DNA of 62,697 nt, the filler included, from Mycoplasmatota bacterium (GTDB taxonomy: Bacteria > Bacillota_I > Bacilli_A > RF39 > UBA660): assembly GCA_012727915.1 (NCBI GenBank). It is 4 parts of 4 records of this genome, joined end to end, with 100 filler letters (N's around TTAATTAATTAA, not from the genome) between each part and the next. Parts side by side here need not be neighbours in the genome. Positions count along the whole stretch, not along the records: positions 1 to 21,980 come from JAAYGD010000040.1; 3 more parts are not named here. One strand, given 5' to 3'. Shown piece after piece: positions 1 to 10,795 of the stretch. The notes below the pieces were generated by a model that made no database searches, was not told the DNA's origin, and was given only the letters and a program-made list of their open reading frames with translations. Numbering within the stretch: the first letter of the stretch is position 1; the number at the start of each line of letters is the position of its first letter. The position numbers and the translations under genes were made by a program.

Positions 1-1
1 A

Positions 2-1252
2 TCAATTTCTAATGGATCTTTTTATAATAATAAGAAAATAATAGATGTTATTAATCATTCTAAAAATAATGATTCTAAACTTCATATTATGGGTTTGATT
101 AGTGATGGTGGAGTTCATTCTCATATTGAACATTTTAAAGCATTATTAAAAATGGCAAAAGATAATAATGTAAATAAATTATATTTTCATTTAATTACTG
201 ATGGAAGAGATACTTTGCCTGATTCTGCTTATAAATATATTGAAGAGATAGAAAAAGAATTAAATGGTTTTGGAAGAATAGCAACTATATCCGGAAGATA
301 TTATGCTATGGATAGAGATAATAACTTTGATAGAGTAAAAAAATATTATGATGCTGTAATCAATAATGTTGGAGAACATTATAATAGTTCTAAAGAATTA
401 ATTGACAATAATTATAATAAAAAAATATTTGATGAATTCATTAATCCAGGTATTCTGGATTCAAACGGAATAATAGAAGAAAATGATGGAATAATTTGGG
501 CAAATTATAGACCCGATAGAGCATGGGAAATATTATCTTCTATAACTAATAATGAATTTGAAAAATTTGAAAAAAAGAAGTTTAATAATATAAAGCTTGT
601 TACAATGATGCCGGTAGCTGATTCTGTTATTAATGAATATGCTTTTAAATTGGATAAATTGGATAATACTTTTGGGGAGTATATAGCGAGATTTGGTTTA
701 AAACAACTTAGAATAGCAGAGACAGAAAAATACGCTCATGTTACATATTTTTTTGATGGAGGAATTGAAAAACAAATTCCTAATTGTGATAGGGTTTTAA
801 TCAATAGCCCTAAAGTAGCAACTTATGATTTAAAACCCGAAATGAGTTCCTATGAAATAACAAGGAAATTATTAGAAATAATGGATAAATATGATGTAGT
901 AATACTTAATTTTGCAAATGGAGATATGGTTGGTCATACAGGAGTTATAGAGGCCGCTATTAAAGCAATGGAAGCTATTGATTATAATATGGGTTTAATA
1001 TATGAGAAAGCAAAACAATTTGGATTTACTTTGTTAGTTACTGCGGATCATGGAAATTGTGAAGAGATGTTAGATGTTAATGGAACTGTATTAACTGCAC
1101 ATTCTTTAAATAAAGTTCCATTAATTATAACTGATAAAAAATATTCTTTAGTAAATGGAAAGTTAGGGGACCTAGCGCCTACTATGTTAAAAATTTTAAA
1201 TATTGAAAAGCCTGAAGAAATGACGGGAGATTCATTGATAAATATTGAATAA
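2..1252 (+). CDS. gpmI: 2,3-bisphosphoglycerate-independent phosphoglycerate mutase (5' truncated by window edge)
   Basis: Frame is open from position 2. Motifs SDGGVHSH, DGRD, GRYYAMDRD, AETEKYAHVT, DMVGH, TADHGN. Confidence 0.97.
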   Translation, partial: SISNGSFYNNKKIIDVINHSKNNDSKLHIMGLISDGGVHSHIEHFKALLKMAKDNNVNKLYFHLITDGRDTLPDSAYKYIEEIEKELNGFGRIATISGRYYAMDRDNNFDRVKKYYDAVINNVGEHYNSSKELIDNNYNKKIFDEFINPGILDSNGIIEENDGIIWANYRPDRAWEILSSITNNEFEKFEKKKFNNIKLVTMMPVADSVINEYAFKLDKLDNTFGEYIARFGLKQLRIAETEKYAHVTYFFDGGIEKQIPNCDRVLINSPKVATYDLKPEMSSYEITRKLLEIMDKYDVVILNFANGDMVGHTGVIEAAIKAMEAIDYNMGLIYEKAKQFGFTLLVTADHGNCEEMLDVNGTVLTAHSLNKVPLIITDKKYSLVNGKLGDLAPTMLKILNIEKPEEMTGDSLINIE

Positions 1253-1291
1253 ATGTTAATTATGTTATAGAATATAATTAAAGGAGGGCAT

Positions 1292-1687
1292 ATGTATTAT
1301 CAAAATTATAATAATTATGGCGGAAATTCTTTTGCACAAGGTTGGATGATTGCATCTTTGATATTAGCAATAGTAGGAGGTATAGTAACTTTATTATTTT
1401 TTCTTAAAAAATCAGGTAAAGAAAAAAATAATAAGAAGTTAAAACTACTATATAATTTTCTAAATTTTGATTTTCTAACATTGGAATACATAGTTAAATT
1501 CTTATATGTTACAGTTACGATTTATATAGTATTAAGTTCATTTAGTTACATATCTTATAGTTTCGTATACTTCTTAATGTATTTGATACTTGGAGTTTTA
1601 TTTGCAAGAATCATATTTGAACTAATAATGCTAGCTATAAAAATATGCAACAATACAACTGAAATCAATCAAAAATTAAAAAAATAA
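1292..1687 (+). CDS. Small multi-pass membrane protein (DUF4282-like)
   Basis: AGGAGG RBS, three hydrophobic segments, C-terminal RIIFELIM..KI..N pattern. Confidence 0.6.
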   Translation: MYYQNYNNYGGNSFAQGWMIASLILAIVGGIVTLLFFLKKSGKEKNNKKLKLLYNFLNFDFLTLEYIVKFLYVTVTIYIVLSSFSYISYSFVYFLMYLILGVLFARIIFELIMLAIKICNNTTEINQKLKK

Positions 1688-1697
1688 CAAAATATAT

Positions 1698-1733
1698 AAA
1701 TAAATGCAATTAAGGTATTGCATTTATTTTTTT
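1698..1733 (+). terminator. Intrinsic terminator overlapping the S10 promoter -35
   Basis: AAATAAATGCAAT-taaggt-ATTGCATTTATTT followed by a T tract. Confidence 0.75.
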
Positions 1734-1746
1734 GTTTTGATATACT
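1718..1746 (+). promoter_or_regulatory. SigA promoter of the S10 operon
   Basis: TTGCAT (1718)-17 nt-TATACT (1741), with an extended -10 TG. Confidence 0.8.
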
Positions 1747-1767
1747 TATTTAGCAAGTTGTGGCTTA

Positions 1768-1860
1768 GATGCGTAAGGTTGCTGATACACCAGGCAAAGT
1801 TGTCTATATGTATTGGGTTATTTATGCGGAGCAAGTTTATACAATTGATATAAGCGAAGG
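1768..1860 (+). ncRNA. Conserved Bacillota rpsJ (S10) leader RNA
   Basis: GATG..AGGTTGCTGATACACC..GGC...GCGGAG...AAGCGAAGGGAGG resembles the Bacillus rpsJ 5' leader as I recall it, and it sits between promoter and RBS. Confidence 0.7.
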
Positions 1861-1869
1861 GAGGATAAG

Positions 1870-2172
1870 ATGGCAAATCGAATCAGAATTAAACTTAAGG
1901 CTTACGATCACAGAGTATTAGATCAAGCAGCAGGAAGAATCGTTGAAGCTGTTAAGAGAACTGGTGGGGACATAAGTGGACCAATTCCACTACCTACTGA
2001 AATTCAAAAGTACACTATATTGAGGGCTGTTCACAAATATAAAGATTCTCGTGAACAATTTGAAATGCGTACTCATAAAAGATTGATAGACATCAACAAT
2101 CCTAGTAAGGAAACTGTCGAGACATTGACAAGATTAGACTTACCTAGTGGCGTTGACATAGAAATTAAATAG
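1870..2172 (+). CDS. rpsJ: 30S ribosomal protein S10
   Basis: [33 protein letters not shown]. Confidence 0.99.
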   Translation: MANRIRIKLKAYDHRVLDQAAGRIVEAVKRTGGDISGPIPLPTEIQKYTILRAVHKYKDSREQFEMRTHKRLIDINNPSKETVETLTRLDLPSGVDIEIK

Positions 2173-2180
2173 GAGGAAAA

Positions 2181-2930
2181 ATGAAAAAAGGAATCTTAGG
2201 AAAAAAAGAGGGAATGACTTCGGTTTTTACTAAAAATGGTATTTTGGTTCCTGTTACAGTAATAAGTGTAGAACCTAATGTTGTAATGCAAATAAAGAGC
2301 GTTGAAAAAGATGGATATGATGCAATACAAATGGGTTATGGAAACAAAAGAGAAAAAATAAGTAATAAACCTGAAATGGGCCATGCAAAAAAAGCAAATA
2401 CTACACCTAAGCGCTTCTTAAAAGAAATTAGGGGTGTAGATGTATCTAATTATCAAGTTGGACAAGAAATAAAAGCAAATTTATTTGAAGCTGGAGAAGT
2501 TGTAGATGTAACTGGAGTTAGTAAAGGTAAGGGCTTCCAAGGTGTTATAAAAAGATATAATCAAACTAGAGGTCCTATGGGACATGGTTCTCAATATCAC
2601 AGAGGTGTTGGATCTTTAGGATCAAGATTACCAATGCACGTATTAAAAGGTAAAAAATTGCCTGGTCATATGGGATTTGAAACTGTTACTATTCAAAATT
2701 TAGAAATAGTTGAAGTTGATACTGAAAACAATTTATTGTTGGTTAAAGGAAATGTTCCTGGACCAAAAAAATCTATGATAATAATTAGATCATCAGTAAA
2801 AAATCCTGATGAAATAAGAGAGACACTTGATTTAATTAAATACAATAATGAAGAGTTATTAGAAGAAAACAATGAAACACAAGAAAATGTTGAAGTTGTA
2901 GAAGAATCATCACAAGGAATAGAGCAATAG
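2181..2930 (+). CDS. rplC: 50S ribosomal protein L3 with acidic C-terminal extension
   Basis: [28 protein letters not shown]; operon position. Confidence 0.99.
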   Translation: MKKGILGKKEGMTSVFTKNGILVPVTVISVEPNVVMQIKSVEKDGYDAIQMGYGNKREKISNKPEMGHAKKANTTPKRFLKEIRGVDVSNYQVGQEIKANLFEAGEVVDVTGVSKGKGFQGVIKRYNQTRGPMGHGSQYHRGVGSLGSRLPMHVLKGKKLPGHMGFETVTIQNLEIVEVDTENNLLLVKGNVPGPKKSMIIIRSSVKNPDEIRETLDLIKYNNEELLEENNETQENVEVVEESSQGIEQ

Positions 2931-2961
2931 TAAAATATTGATTGTGATGGAAGGAGGAAGA

Positions 2962-3588
2962 ATGTCTAAAGTGGCACTTTTAAATTTAAAAGGCGAAAAA
3001 GTTAAAGATATAAATTTAGATGATACCGTTTGGGGAATAGAACCAAATGATACCGTTATATATGATGCTATAGTTTTAGCTAGAGCATCTCAAAGACAAG
3101 GTTCTCACGATACTAAGACAAGAGCTGAAGTTCGTGGTGGTGGAAAAAAACCTTGGAAACAAAAAGGCACAGGAAATGCTAGACAAGGATCTATTAGAAG
3201 CCCTCAATGGAGAGGTGGAGGAATAGTTTTTGGACCTACACCAAATGTAAATTATACTAAAAAACAAAATAAGAAAGAAAGAAGATTGGCTTTAAAATCA
3301 ATGCTTTCATATAAAGCAATAAATAGTGATTTACTTGCAATTGAAAATCTATTAATTAGTAATAATAAAACAAAATCATTTTTAAATATTATGAAAGATT
3401 TAAAACTAGATTCTTCTACATTATTTGTAACAAATGAATTAACTGAAGAGTTGTTATTATCTACACGTAATGTAAAAGGAGTAAAAGTTATTAATTATAG
3501 TGAGTTAAATGTATTAGATTTAGCAAGTTATGATAAGTTAGTTGCAACTGAAGAAGCAATTAAAAAGGTTGAGGAGGTGCTTGTATAA
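2962..3588 (+). CDS. rplD: 50S ribosomal protein L4
   Basis: [23 protein letters not shown]. Start moved to ATG 2962 after AGGAGG. Confidence 0.99.
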   Translation: MSKVALLNLKGEKVKDINLDDTVWGIEPNDTVIYDAIVLARASQRQGSHDTKTRAEVRGGGKKPWKQKGTGNARQGSIRSPQWRGGGIVFGPTPNVNYTKKQNKKERRLALKSMLSYKAINSDLLAIENLLISNNKTKSFLNIMKDLKLDSSTLFVTNELTEELLLSTRNVKGVKVINYSELNVLDLASYDKLVATEEAIKKVEEVLV

Positions 3589-3866
3589 TGTCAGAGTATA
3601 GAGATTTAATTAAAGCACCAATAATTACTGAAAAAAGTGCATCTATCGCAAGTAATGATAGAAAATATGTTTTTGAAGTAGATTCAAAAGCAAATAAAAC
3701 TCAAATTAAACAAGCAATCGAGAAAATATTTAAAGTTAAAGTTGAAAAAGTAAATACAATAAATGTTGTTCCAAAGAAAAAAAGAGTTGGTCGTTATTCT
3801 GGATTTACTAATCATTATAAGAAAGCAGTAATAACTTTAGCTCCAAATAATAAGATTGATTTATAA
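3588..3866 (+). CDS. rplW: 50S ribosomal protein L23
   Basis: [21 protein letters not shown]. Confidence 0.99.
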   Translation: MSEYRDLIKAPIITEKSASIASNDRKYVFEVDSKANKTQIKQAIEKIFKVKVEKVNTINVVPKKKRVGRYSGFTNHYKKAVITLAPNNKIDL

Positions 3867-3880
3867 AGGAGGATATTAAC

Positions 3881-4711
3881 ATGCCGATAAAAACATATAG
3901 ACCACTTACAAATGCAAGTAGAAATATGAATACATTGATTAATTCTGATTTAACAAAAAAAGCTCCTGAAAAAAGATTAACTAAAACAATAGTTAAAACT
4001 GGAGGAAGAAATAATCAAGGAAAAATTACTGTAAGACATCGTGGCGGTGGTGCAAAAAGAAGATATCGTATTATAGATTTCAAAAGAAACAAATATGATG
4101 TAGAAGGAACTGTTACTGCTCTTGAATATGATCCTAATAGGACATGTAATATAGCTTTAATAACTTATATTGATGGAGAAAAAAGATATATTTTAGCGCC
4201 ATTAGATTTAAAAGTTGGAGATAAAGTAATTAGTTCAAATAATGCTGATATTAAAATTGGAAATTCATTACCAATTGAAAATATCGCGGTTGGTACATAT
4301 ATACATAATATAGAATTAAAACCATTAAAGGGAGGACAATTAGCAAGAAGTGCTGGTTCAAGTGCTCAAATTCTTGGTAGAGAAGGAAATTATGTATTAG
4401 TAAGATTAAAAAGTGGTGAAACAAGAAAAATATTAGGATCTTGTAGAGCTACAGTTGGTATAGTTGGAAATCAAGATAGAGAGTTATTAAAACTTGGAAA
4501 AGCTGGACGTAAACGTCATATGGGAATAAGACCAACGGTTCGTGGATCAGTAATGAATCCAAATGATCACCCTCATGGTGGTGGAGAAGGTAAATCTCCA
4601 GTTGGTAGAAGTGGTCCAATGACTCCTTGGGGTAAACCAGCACTTGGTTATAAAACTAGAAAAAAGAAAAAAACTACTAGCAAGTTTATAGTAAAACGTC
4701 GTGGAAAATAG
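3881..4711 (+). CDS. rplB: 50S ribosomal protein L2
   Basis: [28 protein letters not shown]. Confidence 0.99.
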   Translation: MPIKTYRPLTNASRNMNTLINSDLTKKAPEKRLTKTIVKTGGRNNQGKITVRHRGGGAKRRYRIIDFKRNKYDVEGTVTALEYDPNRTCNIALITYIDGEKRYILAPLDLKVGDKVISSNNADIKIGNSLPIENIAVGTYIHNIELKPLKGGQLARSAGSSAQILGREGNYVLVRLKSGETRKILGSCRATVGIVGNQDRELLKLGKAGRKRHMGIRPTVRGSVMNPNDHPHGGGEGKSPVGRSGPMTPWGKPALGYKTRKKKKTTSKFIVKRRGK

Positions 4712-4726
4712 AAAGGATAGATAATA

Positions 4727-4999
4727 ATGGCAAGAAGTTTAAAAAAGAAACCATATGTATTTGATAGATTATTAAAAAAGGTTCAAGAAATGAATAATAA
4801 TGGAAAAAAAGAAGTCGTAAAGACTTGGTCACGTCGTTCAACTATTTTTCCTGATTTTATTGGACATACTTTCGCAGTTCACAATGGTAAAGAATTCATT
4901 CCAGTATATGTTACTGAAGATATGGTAGGACATAAACTTGGTGAATTTTCTATGACTCGTAAATTCACTGGTCATACTGGAGAAAAGAAAGAAAAATAA
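4727..4999 (+). CDS. rpsS: 30S ribosomal protein S19
   Basis: [20 protein letters not shown]. Confidence 0.99.
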   Translation: MARSLKKKPYVFDRLLKKVQEMNNNGKKEVVKTWSRRSTIFPDFIGHTFAVHNGKEFIPVYVTEDMVGHKLGEFSMTRKFTGHTGEKKEK

Positions 5000-5022
5000 T
5001 TCTTTAAGGGAGGAAACTAAAT

Positions 5023-5358
5023 ATGGAAGTTAAAGCAGTAGCAAAAGATGTTAGAATTTCTGCGGATAAAGCTCGTTTAGTTATGAATTTGATTCGTGGT
5101 AAAGATGTAGTAGGTGCTCATGCAATATTAAGTAATTTGAACAATAAAGCTTCAAAAGTAATTATTAAAGTGCTTGATTCTGCTAAAGCAAATGCATTAA
5201 ATAACCATAAATTAAATGAAGAAAAGTTATATGTTTCAAAAGCATATGTAGATGAAGGATCCATTATAAAAAGAGGAATGTTTGATTCAAGAGGTCATAT
5301 CGGAAGAAATGATCACAGAACAAGTCATTTAACTGTAATGGTTTCGGAAAGAGACTAA
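5023..5358 (+). CDS. rplV: 50S ribosomal protein L22
   Basis: RIS..KARLV..LIRG, SAKANA, TSHL; operon position. Confidence 0.98.
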   Translation: MEVKAVAKDVRISADKARLVMNLIRGKDVVGAHAILSNLNNKASKVIIKVLDSAKANALNNHKLNEEKLYVSKAYVDEGSIIKRGMFDSRGHIGRNDHRTSHLTVMVSERD

Positions 5359-5370
5359 GGAGGTGTAATC

Positions 5371-6051
5371 GTGGGACAAAAAGTTAGTCCAATTGCATTT
5401 AGAACTGGAATTAATAAGGATTGGAATGCAAAATGGTATGCATCAAATAAAGATTTTAAAAAATATTTGGAAAACGATAGTAAAATTCGTAAGTTTTTAG
5501 ATAAAAAACTTGCTAATTCATCTGTTTCAAATGTAGTAATTGAAAGAAATAAAAAGAATACTGAAGTTACTATATATACCGCTAAACCTGGTGTAATCAT
5601 AGGTCACGGTGGAGAAGAAATAGAAAAATTAAAAAAAGATTTATCTAAATTGGTAGATGAAAATATACAAATATCTATCGTTGAAATAAAAAATCCTGAT
5701 TTACATGCAAAAATTGTAGCGGATAGTATTGCTAATCAAATAGAAAATAGAGCATCATTCCGTGTTGCGCAAAAACGTGCAATTAGAAACACAATGAAAG
5801 CTGGAGCTTTAGGAATTAAAACTAAAGTATCAGGTAGATTAGGTGGAGCTGAAATGGCTCGTAGTGAAGGTTATTCAGAAGGAACTACTCCTCTTCATAC
5901 TATAAGAGCAGATATTGATTATGCAACTAGTGAAGCTAATACAACATTTGGAAAAATTGGAGTTAAAGTTTGGATTTATAAAGGTGAAATACTTCCTACA
6001 AAGAAAAACAAGGGAGGTAATGAAAATGGCTTTGATACCAAAAAGAACTAA
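5371..6051 (+). CDS. rpsC: 30S ribosomal protein S3
   Basis: GTG start after [32 protein letters not shown]. Confidence 0.99.
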   Translation: MGQKVSPIAFRTGINKDWNAKWYASNKDFKKYLENDSKIRKFLDKKLANSSVSNVVIERNKKNTEVTIYTAKPGVIIGHGGEEIEKLKKDLSKLVDENIQISIVEIKNPDLHAKIVADSIANQIENRASFRVAQKRAIRNTMKAGALGIKTKVSGRLGGAEMARSEGYSEGTTPLHTIRADIDYATSEANTTFGKIGVKVWIYKGEILPTKKNKGGNENGFDTKKN

Positions 6052-6457
6052 ATATCGTAGACCTCATCGTTTATCTTATGAAGGTAAAACAAAAGGTAAT
6101 AAAGAGTTAAATTTGGGAGATTATGGTCTTCAAGCTTTAGAAGGAGCTTGGATTACTCAACAACAAATAGAAGCTGCAAGAGTAGCAATGACTCGTTATA
6201 TGAAACGTGGTGGAAAAGTATTTATTAATATATTCCCACATTTATCATTAACTAAAAAACCTCTTGAAACTCGTCAAGGAAAAGGAAAAGGAGCTCCAGA
6301 CTCTTGGGTAGCGGTAGTAAAAGAAGGCAAAATTATGTTTGAAGTTTCTGAAGTTACGGAAAGTATTGCAAAAGAAGCTCTTCGTTTAGCAATGCACAAA
6401 CTTCCTGTTAGATGTAAGTTTGTAAAGAAAGAGAGTGGTGATAATAATGAAAAATAA
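6026..6457 (+). CDS. rplP: 50S ribosomal protein L16
   Basis: PKRTKYR, QIEAAR, GKGKG. Start at ATG 6026 after GGAGG. Confidence 0.98.
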   Translation: MALIPKRTKYRRPHRLSYEGKTKGNKELNLGDYGLQALEGAWITQQQIEAARVAMTRYMKRGGKVFINIFPHLSLTKKPLETRQGKGKGAPDSWVAVVKEGKIMFEVSEVTESIAKEALRLAMHKLPVRCKFVKKESGDNNEK

Positions 6458-6644
6458 AGAAATAATTAAAATGACCACTGAAGAAATAATTAAAAAAATA
6501 GAAACAAATAAAGAAGAATTATTTAATTTGCGTTTTGAACAAGCAACTGGAAATCTTGAAAAACCTTCAAGAATAAAAACATTAAGAAAAGAAGTTGCAA
6601 GAATGAAGACTATACTTCGCGAACGCGAATTAGGGAAAAAATAG
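6447..6644 (+). CDS. rpmC: 50S ribosomal protein L29
   Basis: ELFNLRF..ATG.LE.P..I...RK.VAR. Confidence 0.98.
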   Translation: MKNKEIIKMTTEEIIKKIETNKEELFNLRFEQATGNLEKPSRIKTLRKEVARMKTILRERELGKK

Positions 6645-6652
6645 GAGGCCAA

Positions 6653-6910
6653 ATGAAAAAAGTAAAACATGAAATTGTTGGTACAGTTGTTAGTACAAAG
6701 AACAATAAAACTATAACAGTTTTAGTAGAAAATTATACAAGGCATCCATTATATGGTAAACGTGTAAAAAGTTCAAAAAAATATGCTGCTCACGATGAAA
6801 GTAATAAAGCTAAAGTTGGAGATATTGTAAAAATAGTTGAAACTAGACCAATATCTAAAACTAAAAGATTTACTCTTGTTGAAATAGTAAAAGAAGCAGT
6901 AATTTTATAG
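6653..6910 (+). CDS. rpsQ: 30S ribosomal protein S17
   Basis: [21 protein letters not shown]. Confidence 0.99.
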   Translation: MKKVKHEIVGTVVSTKNNKTITVLVENYTRHPLYGKRVKSSKKYAAHDESNKAKVGDIVKIVETRPISKTKRFTLVEIVKEAVIL

Positions 6911-6937
6911 CCTATAGAAACAAAGGAGGAATAAAAT

Positions 6938-7306
6938 ATGATTCAACAACAAACTCGTTTAAAAGTTGCAGATAATTCTGGTGCTCGTGAATTAATGGTA
7001 ATTAGAGTGCTAGGCGGAAGCAGAGTAAAAGCTGGTGGAATTGGTGATGTAGTAGTAGGAACAGTAAAAAAAGCTACTCCTAATGGCACTGTAAAAGCTA
7101 AAAAAGTCGTAAAAGCAGTAATAGTAAGAACTAAATCTAATATAAAAAGAGAAGATGGCTCTTATATAAAGTTTGATGATAATGCATGTGTTTTAATTAA
7201 AGATGATAAAACTCCTGTTGGAACACGTGTACTAGGTCCAGTTGCTCGTGAACTTCGTGTAAAAGATTATATGAAGATAGTATCATTAGCAAATGAAGTT
7301 TTATAA
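6938..7306 (+). CDS. rplN: 50S ribosomal protein L14
   Basis: [20 protein letters not shown]. Confidence 0.99.
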   Translation: MIQQQTRLKVADNSGARELMVIRVLGGSRVKAGGIGDVVVGTVKKATPNGTVKAKKVVKAVIVRTKSNIKREDGSYIKFDDNACVLIKDDKTPVGTRVLGPVARELRVKDYMKIVSLANEVL

Positions 7307-7316
7307 GGAGGATAAT

Positions 7317-7718
7317 ATGAAATTAAAAGTAGGAGATAAAGTAATAGTAACAGCAGGTTCAAATAAAGGAAAAGTTGGAAAATTAAACAAGGTATTTTCA
7401 AAAAACAATAAAGTAATTGTTGAAGGTATCAATTTAATTAAAAAACATAAAAAACCAGGTGGAAAAGATCAAACTGGTGGAATCCTTGAATATGAAGCTC
7501 CAATTCATATTTCTAATGTAATGTTAGTAGATTCAAAAACAGGAAAAGGAACTAGAAAAAGAATTGAAGAAACTAAGGTTACTGAGAAAAAAGCATCTAT
7601 AAAAAAAGAAACTAAAGTTGCTGAGAAAAAAGCACCTGTAAAAAAAGAAGAAACTAAAGTTAAAGCTCAAAAAGAAAAAAAAGTTAGTACTAAAACTAAC
7701 AAAAAGAATGACAAATAG
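7317..7718 (+). CDS. rplX: 50S ribosomal protein L24 with Lys-rich repetitive tail
   Basis: KOW motif GDKVIV.AG..KG and EAPIHISNV. Start at ATG 7317 after AGGAGG. Confidence 0.97.
   Translation: MKLKVGDKVIVTAGSNKGKVGKLNKVFSKNNKVIVEGINLIKKHKKPGGKDQTGGILEYEAPIHISNVMLVDSKTGKGTRKRIEETKVTEKKASIKKETKVAEKKAPVKKEETKVKAQKEKKVSTKTNKKNDK
7569..7661 (+). repeat. Tandem ~39-nt coding repeat in the L24 tail (ETKV.EKKA..KK)
   Basis: GAAACTAA.GTT units start at 7569, 7608 and 7650. Confidence 0.85.
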
Positions 7719-7730
7719 AAGGAGGGTATT

Positions 7731-8270
7731 ATGAACCACCTAAAAGAAAAATATTTAAAAGAAATAGTTCCTAATTTAATGAAAAAATACAACTATAAAT
7801 CAATTATGCAAGCACCTAAGTTAGAAAAAATTGTAATTAATATGGGAGTAGGAGATTCTAAAACTAATAGCAAATTATTAGAAGCAGCTATAAAAGATTT
7901 AGAATTAATAACTGGAGCAAAACCAATTGTAACAAAAGCAAAAAAATCAATTGCGGGTTTCTCGCTAAGAGAAGGTAATGAAATTGGATGCAAAGTTACT
8001 TTACGTGGTGAAAATATGTATGTGTTTTTAGAAAAGCTAATTAGGATTGCGTTACCAAGAGTAAGAGATTTTAGAGGTCTTTCTCCTAAATCTTTTGATG
8101 GAAGAGGTAATTACTCAATTGGACTAAAAGAGCAACTAATATTTTCTGAAATAGTATATGATAATGTTGCTAAAATACGTGGAATGGATGTTACTGTTGT
8201 TACAACAGCAAAGACAAACGATGAAGCGTTAGAGTTATTAAGTGGGTTAGGATTCCCATTTAGAAAATAG
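7731..8270 (+). CDS. rplE: 50S ribosomal protein L5
   Basis: [25 protein letters not shown]. Confidence 0.99.
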   Translation: MNHLKEKYLKEIVPNLMKKYNYKSIMQAPKLEKIVINMGVGDSKTNSKLLEAAIKDLELITGAKPIVTKAKKSIAGFSLREGNEIGCKVTLRGENMYVFLEKLIRIALPRVRDFRGLSPKSFDGRGNYSIGLKEQLIFSEIVYDNVAKIRGMDVTVVTTAKTNDEALELLSGLGFPFRK

Positions 8271-8279
8271 GGAGGAACT

Positions 8280-8465
8280 ATGGCAAAGAAAAGTATAATT
8301 GTAAGATCAAAGAGACCCCAAAAGTACAAAGTACGTGAATATACTCGTTGTTCAATATGTGGAAGACCACATGCTGTAATGAGTAAATTTGGTGTATGTC
8401 GTATATGTTTTAGAGAATTAGCATATAAAGGCCAAATACCAGGCGTAAAAAAAGCAAGTTGGTAA
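8280..8465 (+). CDS. rpsZ: 30S ribosomal protein S14, type Z (zinc-binding)
   Basis: 61 aa with CSIC and CRIC; ends GVKKASW. Confidence 0.98.
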   Translation: MAKKSIIVRSKRPQKYKVREYTRCSICGRPHAVMSKFGVCRICFRELAYKGQIPGVKKASW

Positions 8466-8483
8466 TTTGAGAGGAGGATTAAG

Positions 8484-8882
8484 ATGATAGTAACTGATCC
8501 AATAGCTGATATGCTTACTAGAATACGTAATGCAAATCAAATGAAATATAAAGAAGTTGAAGTACCATCTTCTAAAATAAAATTAGAAATAGCTCGTATA
8601 TTAAAAGACGAAGGCTTTATAGAAGATTATAAGTTGGAAGATAAAGATAATAATCAATCAATATTGATTAATCTTAAATATGGTCCTAAAAAAGAAAGAG
8701 TAATAACTGGATTAAAGAGAATTTCAAAACCCGGAATGAGAGTATATGCAAAAGTTGAAGAAATACCTACAGTTTTAAATGGTTTTGGAATTGCAATATT
8801 ATCCACACCAAAAGGATTAATGACAAATAAAGAAGCAAAAAGAAATAGTTTGGGTGGAGAAGTATTGGTTTATATTTGGTAA
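8484..8882 (+). CDS. rpsH: 30S ribosomal protein S8
   Basis: [23 protein letters not shown]. Confidence 0.99.
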   Translation: MIVTDPIADMLTRIRNANQMKYKEVEVPSSKIKLEIARILKDEGFIEDYKLEDKDNNQSILINLKYGPKKERVITGLKRISKPGMRVYAKVEEIPTVLNGFGIAILSTPKGLMTNKEAKRNSLGGEVLVYIW

Positions 8883-8903
8883 TAATTACATAGGAGGTAA
8901 ATT

Positions 8904-9446
8904 ATGAGTCGTATAGGAGATAGAAAATTGACAATACCAGAAAAAGTCAATGTTGAAGTATTAAATGATTTTATTACTGTTAAGGGTCCTAAAGGAGAAT
9001 TAACTAGAAAAGTACCAAAAAATGTAATTGTTAATGTTAAGGATAATGAAGTAACAGTAGAAATTAAAAATGAAAAAGACAAAGATGCTGGTGTTCTTCA
9101 AGGAACACTAAATTCTCATATTCAAAATATGATTGAAGGTGTAACTGAAGGATATAGCAAAAAATTAGAAATTCAAGGCGTAGGATATCGTTTTCAATTA
9201 CAAGGAAATAAATTAAATATCAATGCTGGCTTTTCACATCAAGTTAAACTTGATGTACCAAAAGGAATTAATGCCGAATCACCAAGTAATACTGAATTAA
9301 CAATAAGTGGTATTGATAAAGAATTAGTTGGTGAATTTGCAGCAGTAGTTAGAAAAGTAAAAGAACCTGAACCTTATAAAGGAAAAGGTATAAGATATGT
9401 TGGAGAACATATTAAAATAAAAGAGGGAAAGAAAGCCTCAAAATAA
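8904..9446 (+). CDS. rplF: 50S ribosomal protein L6
   Basis: MSRIG, KGPKG, PEPYKGKGIRY. Confidence 0.99.
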   Translation: MSRIGDRKLTIPEKVNVEVLNDFITVKGPKGELTRKVPKNVIVNVKDNEVTVEIKNEKDKDAGVLQGTLNSHIQNMIEGVTEGYSKKLEIQGVGYRFQLQGNKLNINAGFSHQVKLDVPKGINAESPSNTELTISGIDKELVGEFAAVVRKVKEPEPYKGKGIRYVGEHIKIKEGKKASK

Positions 9447-9466
9447 TTTAAAAAGGAGAGTTATTT

Positions 9467-9829
9467 ATGATAAAAAAAATATCTCGTAATGAAGCAAGAA
9501 TAGCAAGACATGAACGTATTAGAAAAAATTTATCAGGCACTAAAGAAATGCCTAGATTAAATGTATTTAAATCTAATAAACAAATTTATGTTCAAATAAT
9601 CGATGATGTAGCTAGTAATACTTTAGTAAGTTCATCTTCATTAGATAAAGCTTTGAATACAAAAGGAAAAACTACTATTGAAATTGCTAAATTAGTTGGA
9701 GAAGATATTGCTAAAAAAGCAAAAAAAGCTAAGATTACAAAAGTTGTGTTTGATAGAGGTGGATACTTATATCATGGTGCAGTAAAAGCTTTAGCAGAAT
9801 CTGCTCGCGAAAATGGATTGGAATTCTAA
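9467..9829 (+). CDS. rplR: 50S ribosomal protein L18
   Basis: [27 protein letters not shown]. Confidence 0.99.
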   Translation: MIKKISRNEARIARHERIRKNLSGTKEMPRLNVFKSNKQIYVQIIDDVASNTLVSSSSLDKALNTKGKTTIEIAKLVGEDIAKKAKKAKITKVVFDRGGYLYHGAVKALAESARENGLEF

Positions 9830-9838
9830 GGAGGAACA

Positions 9839-10351
9839 ATGGATAATAAAAGAACTAGAGAACCACAAAATAAAGAATTTGAAGAATTTGTTGTATCAGT
9901 AAATCGTGTTACTAAAGTAACTAAAGCTGGTCGTCATTTTAGATTTGCAGCAACAGTAGTTGTTGGAGATAGAAAAGGAAGAGTAGGACTTGGTTCTGGA
10001 AAAGCAAATGAAGTTCAAGATGCTATTAAGAAAGCAACTCAATCAGCAAATAAAAATGTAAAAAGAATTCCTTTGGTTGATGAGAGAACAATTTCTCATG
10101 AAGCAATAGGAACTAGTGGAGCAACAAAGGTATTAATTAAACCTGCAAAAAGTGGTACTGGAATTATTGCTGGTGGACCAGTAAGAGCTGTATTAGAATT
10201 AGCGGGAGTTAAGGATGTTGTATCTAAATCATTAGGATCTAGTACTAAAATAAATACTGCAAGAGCAACTATGCAAGCTTTAACTATGCAAAGATCAATT
10301 GAAGATGTTGCAAAGCTAAGAGGAAAAACAGTAGAGGAGATGTATAGATAA
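9839..10351 (+). CDS. rpsE: 30S ribosomal protein S5
   Basis: [23 protein letters not shown]. Confidence 0.99.
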   Translation: MDNKRTREPQNKEFEEFVVSVNRVTKVTKAGRHFRFAATVVVGDRKGRVGLGSGKANEVQDAIKKATQSANKNVKRIPLVDERTISHEAIGTSGATKVLIKPAKSGTGIIAGGPVRAVLELAGVKDVVSKSLGSSTKINTARATMQALTMQRSIEDVAKLRGKTVEEMYR

Positions 10352-10794
10352 TGAAATTAGATAAATTAAATTATGCAGAAGGCTCTAAAAAGAAAAGAAA
10401 TAGGGTTGGAAGAGGTACTGGTAGCGGTAATGGTAAAACTAGTGGTAAAGGTCACAAGGGTCAAAAAGCTAGAAGTGGTTATAGCAGAAAACCTGGTTTT
10501 GAGGGTGGACAATTACCTTTATTCAAAAGAATTCCAAAAAGAGGATTTAGTAATTATGAATTTAAGACTAAATATTCAATAATTAATGTAGAAGATTTAA
10601 ATGTATTTGAAGAAGGAGTAGAAATTACTCCAGAAATACTAAAAGATACTGGAATTTTAAAAAATCAATTAGATGGAGTTAAAATTCTTGGAAATGGTGT
10701 ATTAGAAAAGAAATTAATTGTTAAAGCAAATAGTTTTACAAAATCAGCAAAAGAAAAGATAGAAGCAAAAGGTGGAAAAGTAGAGGTGATTTAA
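10351..10794 (+). CDS. rplO: 50S ribosomal protein L15
   Basis: [30 protein letters not shown]. Confidence 0.99.
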   Translation: MKLDKLNYAEGSKKKRNRVGRGTGSGNGKTSGKGHKGQKARSGYSRKPGFEGGQLPLFKRIPKRGFSNYEFKTKYSIINVEDLNVFEEGVEITPEILKDTGILKNQLDGVKILGNGVLEKKLIVKANSFTKSAKEKIEAKGGKVEVI

Positions 10795-10795
10795 T

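Noticed and set aside
1240..1712. Possible duplication of the gpmI 3' end around the 1292-1687 gene
   Set aside because: The similarity (AAATAT..AATAAATG..AATTA) is short and almost all A/T, so it is not distinguishable from chance.
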